From: the human T2T-CHM13v2.0 reference genome, Homo sapiens
DNA length: 64,000 bases
Assembly: GCF_009914755.1 (NCBI RefSeq)
Contig: NC_060946.1
Strand: one strand, 5' to 3'
Below, piece after piece: positions 17,700 to 29,774 of the stretch; within the stretch, counting starts at the first letter, position 1, and each line of letters starts with the position of its first letter. The notes beneath the pieces were generated by a model. It ran no database searches. It was not told the DNA's origin and was given only the letters and a program-made list of their open reading frames with translations. The translations under genes were made by a program, and so were the position numbers.

Positions 17700-19860
17700 A
17701 CTCTCACAGTGGAGGGTAAGTCTGTCCCCTTCTTAATCAATACGGAGGCTACCCACTCCATATTACCTTCTTTTCAAGGGCCTGTTTCCCTTGCCTCCAT
17801 AACTGTTGGGGATACTGACGGCCAGGCTTCTAAACCTCTTAAAACTTCCCAACTCTGGTGTCAACTTAGACAATACTCTTTTAAGCACTCCTTTTTAGTT
17901 ATCCGCACCTGCCCAGTTCCCTTATTAGGCTGAGACACTTTAACTAAATTAGCTGCTTCCCTGACTATTCCTGGGCTACAGCCACACCTCATTGCCACCT
18001 TTTCCCCCAGTTCAAAGCCTCCTTCACATCCTCCCCTTGTATCTCCCCACATTAACCCACAAGTATAGGACGCCTCTACTCCCTCCTTAGCAACCAATCA
18101 TGCACCCCTTACCATCCCATTAAAACCTAATCACTCTTATCCCGCTGAATGCCAATATCCCGTCCCACAGCACGCTTTAAAAGGATTAAAGTCTATTATC
18201 ACTCGCCTGCTACAGCATGGCCTTCTAAAGCCTATAAACTGCCCTTACAATTCCCCCATTTTACCTGTCCTAAAACCAGACAAGGCTTACAGGTTACTTC
18301 AGGATCTGCGCCTTATCAACCAAATTGTTTTGTCTATCCACCCCGTGTTGCCAAAACCAAATACTCTCCTATCCTCAATACCTCCCTCCACAACCCATTA
18401 CTCTGTTCTGGATCTCAAACATGCTTTCTTTACTATTCCTTTGCACCTTTCATCCCAGCCTCTCTTCGCTTTCACTTGGACTGACCCTGACACCCATCAG
18501 GCTCAGCAAATTACGTGGGCTGTACTGCCACAAGGCTTCACAGACAGCCCCCATTACTTCAATCAAGCCCAAATTTCTTCCTCATCTGTTACCTATCTCG
18601 GCATAATTCTCATGAAAACCCACGTGCTCTCCCTGCTGATCGTGTCTGGCTAATCTCCCAAACCCCAATCCCTTCTACAAAACAACAACTCCTTTCCTTC
18701 CTAGGCATGGTTAGTAAGGTCAAAATTCTTACACAAGTGCCAGGACTGCGTCCTGCAGCCTTTCTGTCCAAACAACTTGACCTTACTGTTTTAGCCTAGC
18801 CCTCACGTCTGCGTGCAGCAGCTGCTGCTGCTTTAATACTTTTAGAGCCCCAAAAAATCACAAACTATGCTCAACTCACTCTCTACAGTTCTCATAACTT
18901 CCAGAATCTATTTTCTTTCTCCCACCTGATGCATATACTGTCTGCTCCCCGGCTCCTTCAGCTGTACTCACTCTTTGTTGAGTCTCCCACAATTACCATT
19001 GTTCCTGGCCCAGACTTCAATCCAGCCTCCCACATTATTCTGGATACCACACCTAACCCCTATGACTGTATCTCTCTGATCCACCTGACATTCACCCCAT
19101 TTCCCCATATTTCCTTCTTTCCTGTTCCTCACCCTGAACACACTTGTTTTATTGATAGTAGTTCCACTAGGCCTAATCGCCACATACCAGCAAAGGCAGG
19201 CTATGCTATAGTACCAGCCACCAGCCCACCTCTTAGAACCTCTCATTTCCTTTCCATCGTGGAAATCTATCCTCAAGGAAATAACTTCTCAGTGTTCCAT
19301 CTGCTATTCTACTACTCCTCAGGGATTATTCAGGCCCCCTCCCTTCCCTACATATCAAGCTCAGGGATTTGCCCCTGCCCAGGACTGGCAAATTGACTTT
19401 ACTCACATGCCCTGAGTCAGAAAACTAAAATACCTCTTAGTCTGGGTAGACACTTTCACTGGATGGGTAGAGGCCTTTCCCACAGGGTCTAAGAAGGCCA
19501 CCGCAGTCATTTCTTCCCTTCTGTCAGACATAATTCCTCGGTTTGGCCTTCCTACCTCTATACAGTCTGATAATGGACCAGCCTTTATTAGTCAAACCAG
19601 CCAAGCATTTTTTCAGGCTTTTGGTATTCAGTGACACCTTTATATCCCTTACAGTCCTCAGTCTTCAGGAAAGGTAGAACGGACTAATGGTCTTTTAAAA
19701 ACACACCTCACCAAGCTCAGCCACCAACTTAAAAAGGACTGGGCATACTTTTACCACTTGCCCTTCTCAGAATTCAGGCCTGTCTTCGGAATGCTACAGG
19801 GTACAGCCCATTTGAGCTCCTGTATGGAAGCCCCTTTTTATTAGGCCCCAGTCTCCTTCC
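17700..19860 (+). pseudogene. HERV-H pro-pol remnant (protease, partial RT/RNase H, integrase)
   Basis: Protease FLINTEATHS lacks the catalytic DTG. RT has LDLKHAFF and LPQGFTDSP but the YxDD segment is deleted. Integrase motifs WQIDFTHM (~19386), SDNGPAF (~19566) and SSGKVER (~19662) are present. Many stops. Confidence 0.88.
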
Positions 19861-20462
19861 AGACACCAGACCAATTTGGACTATGCCCAAAAAAACTTGT
19901 CATCCCTACTATCTTCTGTCTAGTCATACTCCTATTCACCGTTCTCAACTACTCATACATGCCCTGCTCTTGTTTACACCGCCGGTTTACACTGTTTCTC
20001 CAAGCCATCACAGCTGATATCTCCTGGTGCTATCCCCAAACTGCCACTCTTAACTCTTAAAGTAAATAATAATCTTTGTTGGCAGGACTATGCTGAATCT
20101 CCTTAGGTACTCTCTAATTAGATGTCCTGGGTCCTCCCAATTCTTAGTCCTTTAATACCTGTTTTTCTCCTTCTCTTATTCCGTTTAGTTTTTCAATTCA
20201 TATAAAACCATATCTAGGCCATCACCAATAATTCTAAATGACAAATGTTTCTTCTAACAACCCCACAATATCACCCTTTACCACAAAATCTTCCTTCAGC
20301 TTAATCTCTCCCACTCTAGGTTCCCATGCCGCCCCTAATCCCGCTCGAAGCAGCCCTGAGAAACATCGCCCATTATCTCTCCACACCACCCCCAAAAACT
20401 TACGCCATCCCAACACTTTACTACTATTTCATTTTATTTTTCTTAATATAAGAAGACAGGAA

Positions 20463-20880
20463 TGTCAGGCCTCTGAGCCCAAGCTAAGCCATCATATCCC
20501 CTGTGACCTGCACGTACACATCCAGATGGCTGGTTACTGCCTTAACTGATGACATACCACCCCAAAAGAAGTGAAAATGGCCTGTTCCTGCCTTAACTGA
20601 TGACATTATCTTGTGAAATTCCTTCTCCTTGCTCATCCTGGCTCAAAAGCTCCCCTACTGAGCACCTTGTGACCCCCCCACTCCTGCCCACCAGAGAACA
20701 ACCCCCTTTTGACTGTAATTTTTTTCTTTTACCTACCCAAATCTTATAAAACAGCCCCACCCCATCTCACTTCACTGACTCTCTTTTCGGACTCAGCCCG
20801 CCTGCACCCAGGTGAAATAAACAGCCATGTTGCTCAGACAAAGCCTATTTGGTGGTCTCTTCACACGGACGTGCATGAAA
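20463..20880 (+). promoter_or_regulatory. 3' LTR7 of HERV-H (polyadenylation signal)
   Basis: 418-bp direct repeat of the 5' LTR with about 22 substitutions plus a few indels by hand count. AATAAA at 20816-20821, TATAAAA at 20745-20751. Confidence 0.93.
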
Positions 20881-21564
20881 GTAATAATACAAGAAGTAGG
20901 GATTTCAAAATCTCCAGAGTGTTTAGAGTCTTTGGAGGGGCAGTGGAGAGACACACATCCCAAACTTAGCCCACCTATTCAATGCATTGGATGGCAATCT
21001 TCATAGTTACAAATGGTAGAGCTGACCCTGAGGTCCCTAGAAGACCTGTGACATAGCCAACAGTGGATCACAGATGGAAAGAAGAAAAGGGAAAAAAGTT
21101 TTGGAAGAAAAAGGAAAAGCACATACAAATATATGCACACGCACATACATATGCATAAATGTATATATTCATTTGTATATATGTGTGTCTGACACACACA
21201 CATATAAACAACTTAGAAAAGGAAAAAATATCTCCAGGTGCCTGGTTATCTTAAGAATACCAAGCCACATGACCGCCTTCTCAAATGACCAAACATCAGC
21301 CATGTTAAATGACCTGTACAAGTGGTAGTCAAGGTCAGGGTCCTGGTCAAACAAACGGGAAACCATTAATAGTTTTTGTACATATGTTACGTATTCCGTA
21401 AAATTCTTCCCTTTTTACAAGTAAGGATACTGAGTCTCAACATTTTTGCAATTTGTTTAGGTCATAAAGCTAATAAGTGGTAGAATCAGATCTTGGACCA
21501 GGTCTGTCTAACTCCAAGGTCCAAGCCTGTTCCCCAAATGTCTGTGCCTCAGCATAGTCCAAAG

Positions 21565-22018
21565 TTTCACTCATGTCCATGTGAAGACCACTAAACAGGT
21601 TTTGTGTGAGCAATAAAGCTTTTTAATCACCTGGGTGCAGGCAGGCTGAGTCCAAAAAGAGTCAGCGAAGGGAGAGAAGGGTGGGGCCATTTTATAAGAT
21701 TTGGGTAGGTAAAGGAAAATTACAGTCAAAGGGGGGTTGTTCTCTGGCAGGCAGGGGTGGGGGTCACAAGGTGCTCAGTGGGGGAGCTTTTTGAGCCAAG
21801 ATGAGCCAGGAGAAGGAATTTCACAAGGTAATGTCATCAGTTAGGGCAAGGACTGGCCATTTTCACTTCTTTTGTGGTGGAATGTCATCAGTTAAGGCAG
21901 GAACAGGCCATTTAAATATCACTTCTTTTGTGATTCTTCAGTTACTTCAGGCCATCTGGATGTATACATGCAGGTCACAGGGGATGCTATGGCTTAGCTT
22001 GGGCTCAGAGGCCTGACA
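21565..22018 (-). mobile_element. Solo HERV-H LTR of a different subtype (LTR7B-like U3/U5), antisense to the provirus
   Basis: Reverse complement starts tgtcaggcctctgagcccaagctaagcc and contains ggcctgaagtaactgaagaatcacaaaagaagtga. Poly(A) signal is ATTAAA. Flanks caaag/caaaa form an imperfect 5-bp TSD. 454 bp. Confidence 0.93.
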
Positions 22019-23834
22019 CAAAAGTTTATAGTTTTTTGTTTTAAATCATCTTAAGATAGCAATGGACACGCTCAAGCAGTATACTGAATATTTTTCACTG
22101 GGAATTGAATATTCTAACTTCCAGTTTATAGGTGAGAAAATGAAAGTTCCAAGATATAATGTAGCTTGCCCACACAGCCAGCCAGTGATGGTGCTGACGT
22201 AGGATTTAGGACTATCAATCCCTATGTCATTTCCACTCTAGAGAACTGCCTTCTCATTGCCCTGAAGCAAACCGCATTAACTGACATCCACACAACTAAG
22301 TGTCTGTAGGGGTCAGGATTCTTTTGCAGGTGACAAGCAAGATAAAAATCCAGGAACTTCTGGGGAAAGCAATGCAGAGTGATTCCCTATTGACATAAGT
22401 GCATTCCTGAACTCCCACTTCTCAGCACTCAAAAGAGGTTACGCTTTCCTCCATGCTGATCTGGTAAATGAGTTTGCATCAGCATAAACTGAATAGAGGA
22501 GAAAGAGGTATCAATTCAGGGCTTCTAGTCTTAATGACAAAGCTGTAATTGTGTCCCTGGGCCAGACAGCTGCCAGCTTCCTGAGAAAGGAGATATCTTT
22601 TAAGCTTTAAGGAGGCTTTGGTTAAAAATAAACACAGACAAAGTCCTGGTTTTACTCACTCTCCTCCACCTTGTCCAAGGGGGAAGGAAAAGCCAGTGGA
22701 ATTGTAATTGGTGCGGGCATCTGCTAAATAAAGTAACACAGACATGCAGTTTCCACCCCTGTGCAAGGTGAGAGTAAGAATTTTGTATGAGTTGGTGAAA
22801 ATACGACAATAGAAATAGACTGCAACACACCAAGCAAAGGTCATAAATAAAGCAACAACCTCACAGTAATGGGCATGACATGGGATGCGAATCTTGATCC
22901 AAAATCTAACAGGCAGAAGCAGGCAAGAATCAGCTCTTGACTTGCTTTTGAGTGATGTCTTGGAAATGGTTCATAATAACCATGAATTCCAATTTGGTTG
23001 AGTAATTCTGTCCAAAGCAGAACCTAATAAGGGAGTCATCAGGACATCAGATTGCAGCAAGTTTAGGAAGACTATGAGCAAATTTTAGGGAAGCAAATCA
23101 ATAAGTGGATAATCGTAAATGTCTCGGTCCTGCCCAGCACTCCATCCACCCTGAGATTTTTACTGTCAGTAAAGAGAGTGTCTGAACTGGGAGCAATCCC
23201 AGAGGAGAGAAACAAAGCAAGGAAAATGAGCAGAATGAGTATAGATTCACTGGGGAAAAGATTAAATTCACCGTTATTATTAATATTACCATTATTATTT
23301 TATAATCAAACACTTATGAGCAGTTGTATTCCAAAAAGCACCTTGGTAAGTGGCTGAGAAATATAGATGCTCCCGGGTCTCTTTTCAGTCCCAGGCTTGG
23401 TGCCCATTTGTCTCCAGGGACTCAAATACTTTCCCTCCACCCATAAAGCTGCAAGTTCCCACTCTTTCCCCAGGGGAATAGATATGCTAAGGTCTGGTTG
23501 CAGTCTCCCTCCAGACTGCCTCAAAAAGCACCTCATAGGCTCTTTTTTTGTTGTTTTAGGAGTCTTACCACTGACCACCAAAGGAAAAACAGGAGAAAAA
23601 ATAAAAAACTTAAGAAAAGTACAAATACATCTTGCAGAGTTCTTACCTCTGTGATCCTTAATCAGCAATGATGAGAGAATGGAGCCAGTAGGGGACAGTG
23701 CAGCGCAGTTCAAGAAGCTCTGGCTTCTTCTGGCTTCTTCCAGCTGATGCCAGCTGGAGAGGGTTTGAATCCCAACTCAAGCACCTGTTAGTGGGGCTGC
23801 CTCAGGGATATCACTTAAAAATCCTGAGCCTCAT

Positions 23835-26072
23835 TGATATGGTTAGGTTTTGCGTCCCCACCCAAATCTCATCTTGAATTGTAATCCCCAAGTGTTGAGG
23901 AACCTGGTGGTAGGTGATTAGATCCTAGGGGCAGTTTCACCCATGCTGTTCTCTGGATAGTGAGTGAGTTCTCATGAGATCTGATAGTTTTATAAGTGTT
24001 TGACAAGTTCTTCCTTTGCTCACTCTTCTCCCTCTTGCCACCATGTGAAGAAGTCCTTGCTTCCCCTTCTGCCACGATTGTCAGTTTCCCTGTAAGTTTC
24101 CAGCCATGTGGAACTGTGAGTCAATTAAACCTCCTTCCTTTATAAATTGCCCAGGCTTGGGTATTTCTTTATAGCGGTGTAAGAATGGATTAATACAATA
24201 AATTGGTACCACAGAGAGTGGGGCACTGCTGAAAAGTGGGGCACCTGAAAATGTGGAAGCAACTTTGGAACTGGGTAATGGGCAGAGTTTGGAACAGTTT
24301 GGAGGGCTCAGAAGACAGAAGGATTTGGGAAAGTTTGGAACTTCCTAGAGCCTTGTTGAATGGTTTTGACCAAAATGCTCATAGTGATATGGACAATGAA
24401 GTCCAGGCTGAGGTGGTCTCAGATGGAGATGAGGAACTTCTTAAGAACTGGAGCAAAGGTCATTCTTGCTACACTTTAGCAAAGAGAACTGGCAGCATTT
24501 TGCCACTGCCCTAGAGATTTGTGGAACTTTGAACTTGAGAGAGATGGTCTGAAATTGGAACTTACGTTTAAAAGGAAAGTAGAGCACAAAAGTTTGGGAA
24601 ATTTACAGCCCAATGATTTGATAGAAAAGAAAAACCCATTTTCTGGGGAGAAATTCAAGCCAGCTGCAGAAATTTGCATAAGTAATGAGGAGCCGAATGT
24701 TAATCACCAAGACAATGCTCTCCAGGGCATGTCAGAGACCTTCCTGGCAGCCCCTACCATCACAGGCCCAGAGGTCTAGGAGAGAAAAATGGTTTCAGGG
24801 ACTGGGTCCAGGGCCCCTTGCTGTGTGCAGCCTCAGGACTTGGTGCTCTACATCCCAGTTGCTCCAGGTTTGGCTATAAAGGAAGACACAGCTCAGGTTG
24901 TTGCTTCAGAGAGTAAAAGCCCCAAGCCTTGGCAGCTTCCATGTGGTGTTGGTCCTGCAGGTATACAAAAAACAAGAATTGAGGTTTGGGAACTTCTGCC
25001 TAGATTTCAGAGGATGTATGGAAATGCCTGAATGTCAAGGCAGAGGTGTGCTGCAGGGGCAGAGCCTTCATGGAGAACCTCTGCTAGGGCAGTGTGGAAA
25101 GAAAATATGGGGTTGGAGCCCCCACACAGAGTTCCCACAGAGGCACTACCTAGTGGAGCTTTGAGAAGAGGGCTACCCTCCTTCAGGATGGTAGATCCAC
25201 TGACAGCTTGCACCATGCCCCTGGAAAAGTGGCAGACACTCAATGCCAGCCCATGAAAGCAGTCAGGGTGGGCATCAGGGGTGTAGATGAACCCCGCAAA
25301 GCCACAGGGGTGGAGCTGTCCAAGGCTGTGGGAACCCACCTCTTGCATCAGCATGACCTGGATGTGAGATATGGTGTAAAAGGAGATTATTTCAGAGCTT
25401 TAAGATTTAATGATTGCCCTGCTGGATTTCAGACTTGCATGGGGCCTGTTTCTTCTTTGTTTGGGCCAATTTCTCCCACTGGAATGTGAGCATTTATCCA
25501 ATGCCTGTACCCACATTGTATCTTGGAAATAACTAACTTGCTTTTGATTTTACAGGCTCCTAGGCAGAAGGGACTTCCCTTGTCGCAAATGAGACTTTTG
25601 ACTTGAAGTTTTGGGTTAATACTGGAATGAATTACAACTTTAGAAGGCTGTTAGGAAGGCATGATTGGTTTTGAAATGTGAAACGGGCATGAGATTTCAG
25701 AGGGGCTGGGGCAGAATGATATGGTTACGCCTTGTGTCCCCACCCCAATCTCATCTTGAATTGTAATCCTCAGGTGTTGACGGAAGAACATGATGACAGA
25801 TTATTGGATCATGGGGACAGTCTCCCCCATGCTGCTTTCATGGTAATGAGTGAGTTCTCATGAGATCTGATGGTGAGTGAGTTCTCACAAGATATCTCTC
25901 TCCTGCTGCCATGTGAAGAAGGGTTTTGCTTCCCCTTCACCTTCCTCCTTGAATGTAATTTTCCTGAGGCCTCCCCAGCTATGTAGAACTGTGAGTCAAT
26001 TAAACCTCTTTCCTTTATAAATTACCCAGTCTTGGGTATTTCTTTATAGTCATGTAAGAATGTACTAATATA
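23835..26072 (+). mobile_element. Full-length THE1D-like MaLR element (LTR-internal-LTR) inserted in a MIR
   Basis: LTRs at 23835-24197 and 25717-26072; THE1-int with broken MaLR ORF pieces (WNSLEGSEDR, DNEVQAEVVSDGDEEL); 5-bp TSD CTCAT at 23830-23834 and 26073-26077. Confidence 0.93.
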
Positions 26073-26410
26073 CTCATTTTTTTTCTGTAATATGAAAATA
26101 GAATTTACCAGGATGAGTTTTTTTTAGGACTTAGAATTATTTTATTTATATATATATGTATATTATATATACACATTTATGTATACATAAATGTAGATAT
26201 AAATGTATATATATTCATTTATGTGTATATATAGGTATATAGAAATGATATAGATATAAATATAAACACAAACACAGATACCTATACATCTATATATATA
26301 TATATCAATCATACACATAACACAATAGGAGTTAAATATGTGGTAGCTATTTCTATTTTTATCCTTGGAAAATTAACTGGATGACCTCCCTATGTTATTA
26401 CCCTGGGGGT

Positions 26411-26532
26411 GAAATTCAACAAACTCTCTCCTTTCTTCCTGACTCATCTGAAAGTGAAGCGCTGACTAACACATTTCATCCTGATAGCTCCTCTTCCAGT
26501 CTTAAAATGTAACCCTGCCTAGTCCAACCATG
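26411..26532 (+). repeat. 122-bp local duplicate, copy 1
   Basis: Ungapped match to 28102-28223 with 14 mismatches by hand count (~88.5% identity). Confidence 0.92.
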
Positions 26533-27045
26533 AGCAAAACATCAGACAAACCCAGACAGAAATTGAGGGGCATTTTATAAAACACCTAACCAGTACTCTT
26601 CAAGCCACCAAGGTCATCGAAAACAAGAAAAGACTGAGCAAGTTTCACAGACCAGAGAAACTTGTCAACTAAATGTTAGATGGTATCATGGAGGTGATCC
26701 TGGAGCAGAACAAGGCATGAAGTTAAAACTAGTAAAGTCTAAATAAAATGTTGAGTTTAGTACTGCTCCACTGTGTTCCTTAGTTGTAAGAAATGCGCAA
26801 TGGTAATGTAAGATGGGAAAACGTGAATGGGATGGGACAATGGGAAAAACTGGGTGAGGGGTATTTGGGAACTCTCTTTACTATTCTTGCAACTTTTTTT
26901 TAAATTTAAAACTATCCTTTTTTTTTTTTTTTTTTTTTTTTGAGACGGAGTCTTGCTCTGTCACCCAGGCTGGAGTGCAGGGGCGCGATCTCGGCTCACT
27001 GCAAGCTCCGCCTAAAACTACAAGTTTATTTAAATAAACATTATT
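26520..27045 (+). mobile_element. Old L1 (L1MC/MD-like) 3' UTR fragment
   Basis: catgagcaaaacatcagacaaaccc...aattgaggggcattttataaaacacctaaccagtactcttc...aactgggtgaggggtatttgggaactctc are typical L1M 3' UTR blocks. Confidence 0.75.
26918..27012 (-). mobile_element. Strongly 5'-truncated AluY (last ~70 bp plus tail)
   Basis: Poly(T) followed by gagacggagtcttgctctgtcacccaggctggagtgc...cactgcaagctccgcc. Confidence 0.9.
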
Positions 27046-27899
27046 CTAATGGAGCAGTAGGTGCCTCTAGATAGACTGAACAATCTGAATCATTGTAATA
27101 CTAATTAACAATTACTGAGTACTACCATGCCCAGAAACAGAAATAAACTTATTACCTGGCATTATTTTATTTAATCATCCCAATCACTCCACCAGGTAGG
27201 CACTAATATCCCGATAATGTAGCTAGTAGGACCTCTAAAGAGGGATTCACTTTATATTTATATTATATTTTTCTTATGATAGGCAGCAATTTGGAAATCA
27301 AAAAATATTTCCTCCAGGAAAAAAAAATTATAAGAAGAGTGTTTCTATGAATGTGTCAGAGTGAGCTGACTTAGTTCCTCCTATAGGAAATTCCTTGCTC
27401 TAGAAACAAAGAGATAGCTCAAGGTCCAAGTATTTAGAGTTTGAATTAGCTATCAATTAGAGTTTGAATTGATGCCATAGTGGTACAGCATCATTCACTC
27501 CAGAAATAGGAGTAAGGTCTAGGGACTTGAGAATAACTACCCAAGGATTAGAAGAATAGGGCTTAGAATAAGCTCAAGAAAGCAGCAAAGAAGACTGTCT
27601 TCTACCTGTCTGAATAGAGAACTAAAGAATCCCCCTTGAAGTCAAAAGTCTAAGTTTACTCCACAAGTGAAGAGAGGGTCAGATTTTATACTTATCACAA
27701 GGTAAGGGGATCCCGAAGTCAGAATTTCATGGAAAAACTAGTTTAGAAACAGTGAAGTCTCTGAGTCTTGGAAGAAACAAAAGTTAAGACTATTCTATAA
27801 GAATACTTTCATAGCCCAGAACACAAGGTAGTCCCACCAAAATATGAAAAAAACACAAAAACATAATAAAATCTAACAATTTATTTTACCACATTAACA

Positions 27900-28425
27900 A
27901 AGGTGAAAAAAATTGATCATAATGATAGATGGTTTTTAAAAATTGCCACATTCAACACCAATTTACAAAAGAACAAATAAGTCTTGGAAAACTAGGAGTA
28001 GAAGAGAACTTTCTTACACTCATAAAAGGTATATGCAAAGCTCTACAGCAAACCTCAAAGTTAATGATGAAACATTAGAAGATTCTAGGTTCTGCAAAAA
28101 AGAAACTCAACAAACTCTCCCCTTCCTTCCTGACTCATCTGAAAGTGAGAAGCTGACTAACACATTCCACCCTGAAAGCTCTTCTTCACGTCTTAAAATG
28201 TAACTCTGCCCAGTCCAACCATGTCCTGGAGGTCTTACCTAACACAATATAAAGAAAAAAAATAAGTGCCAGATGAAAGAATGGGAAAGAAATGCACAAA
28301 GGATAATAATTCAAAGAAATAATTTTCTACATAGAATAGCCAAAATAACCTACAGCCATGTTATTAGAGCTCATCAGAATTCAGCAACAATGCTGGCTAT
28401 AACATCAAGATGCAAAAAATGGAAT
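27900..28425 (+). mobile_element. Very old L1M ORF2 (RT region) fragment, interrupted by the 122-bp duplicate
   Basis: aaactaggagtagaagagaactttctta...ctacagcaaacctcaaagttaatgatgaaacattagaa, then ctggaggtcttacc...ctacatagaa; colinear with the L1 RT seen at 1620-2000. Confidence 0.7.
28102..28223 (+). repeat. 122-bp local duplicate, copy 2
   Basis: Matches 26411-26532 and sits inside an L1M ORF2 remnant. Confidence 0.92.
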
Positions 28426-28427
28426 TT

Positions 28428-29158
28428 CCATGTTTAATTTTATAATAAACTGCCAAGATACTTTCCAGAGTGATATACGTTTTATATCAATAATGCCTGC
28501 CTGATCCAGTTTCTATGCATCCTGGCCAGCATCTGATGTTGTCACTATTTTTTTATTCTGCTCATTCTGATAGGTGTGTAGTTACATCTTACTAAGGTTT
28601 TAATTTCCATTTCCCTAAAAGCCAATGATGTTGAATATTTTTTCATGTGCTGCTTTGTTGTTCACCCTCTTTGATGAAATGTCTGTTGATATGTTTTGCC
28701 CATTTTCTAGTTGAATTGTTTGTTTTACAACTGATTTCTGAGAGCTCCTTATATATCACAGACACTAGCCTTTTTTGAATATGTGGTTTGCAAATATTTT
28801 ATCCTATTCTGTAACTTGTATTTTCATCCCTTTAACAGATCTGTTGCAGAGCAGAAGTTTTTAATTTTGATAAGGTTCAATTTTTCAAATTTTATTTTTA
28901 TGGATCATATTTATGGTATCAAATTTTAGAAATTCTCCACCAACTCTTGGTTCTGAAGACTTTTTTCCTATGTTTTCCTCTTGAAGTTTTATATTTTCCA
29001 TTTAAGTCTGTGATACATTTTGACATTTTGAGTGAACTTTCATGTAAATTATGAGGTTTAAGTCAAGGTTTTGGTTTTTTTTTTTTTTTTTTTTTTGCCT
29101 ATCAACATCCAGTTTCTCGAGCACCATTTGTTGAAAAAAACTTATTCCTCCATTGAAA
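28428..29158 (-). mobile_element. Old L1M ORF2 3' fragment, minus strand
   Basis: Reverse-strand L1 text: gttttgcccatttt, tgtggtttgcaaatatttt, gcaccatttgttgaaaa. Confidence 0.8.
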
Positions 29159-29774
29159 TTGAAATTGAAATACAAAGGAGCCAAGAAAGCTAAGGCAATT
29201 TTGAAAGAATGAATAAAGTGGGAGGATTTACTTTACCCAATTTCAAGATGTATTATATAGCCACAGTAATCAAAGTTGTGTGGTCCTGACAGAGGGAAAG
29301 ACACAGATCAATGGAATATATTAGAGGACCCAGATATAACCTCACATAAGGAAGGCCAACTACTTTTTGACAAAGGTTCAAAAGTAATTCAATGAGAGCA
29401 AAACAAAATGAGCTTGAACCTAAAGTTCACATCTTATAAAAAATTAACTCAAAATGGATCATAGATTTACATGTAAGACATAAAACTATAAAACTCTGAG
29501 AAGAAGACATGGAAGAAAATCTTCAGGATTTAGGGCTTGGTTAAGAGTTCTTAAACATAACATCAAAGGCATAACCCATAAAAGGAAATATTGATACATT
29601 TGATCTCATCAAAATAAAATAAAAAACATTTTCTCTGAGATAGACCTATTAAGGGGATAAAAAATAAGCTGTGGAGTGGAAGAAAATATTTGCAAACTAC
29701 ACATCTGACAAAAGACTATTATCAAGAAAATATTTTTAAAAACTTTCCACAATAATTTAAAAATCCCAAGTAAA

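Larger units (their letters stand above)
15462..20880 (+). mobile_element. HERV-H provirus with two LTR7, ~5.4 kb, common deleted non-autonomous form
   Basis: LTRs at 15462-15878 and 20463-20880; 5-bp TSD GTAAT at 15457-15461 and 20881-20885; His-type PBS remnant; PPT agaagacaggaa; gag, pro, RT and IN motif remnants; no env ORF. Confidence 0.97.

Noticed and set aside
16281-19396. HERV-H ORFs as functional or domesticated proteins
   Set aside because: Short and frameshifted; the protease lacks its catalytic Asp, the RT YxDD is deleted, and there is no env. This is the usual state of the deleted HERV-H form.
28428-29770. Back-to-back L1 pieces as a twin-priming inversion
   Set aside because: The minus and plus pieces cover overlapping L1 coordinates and differ in sequence, so they are more likely separate insertions.
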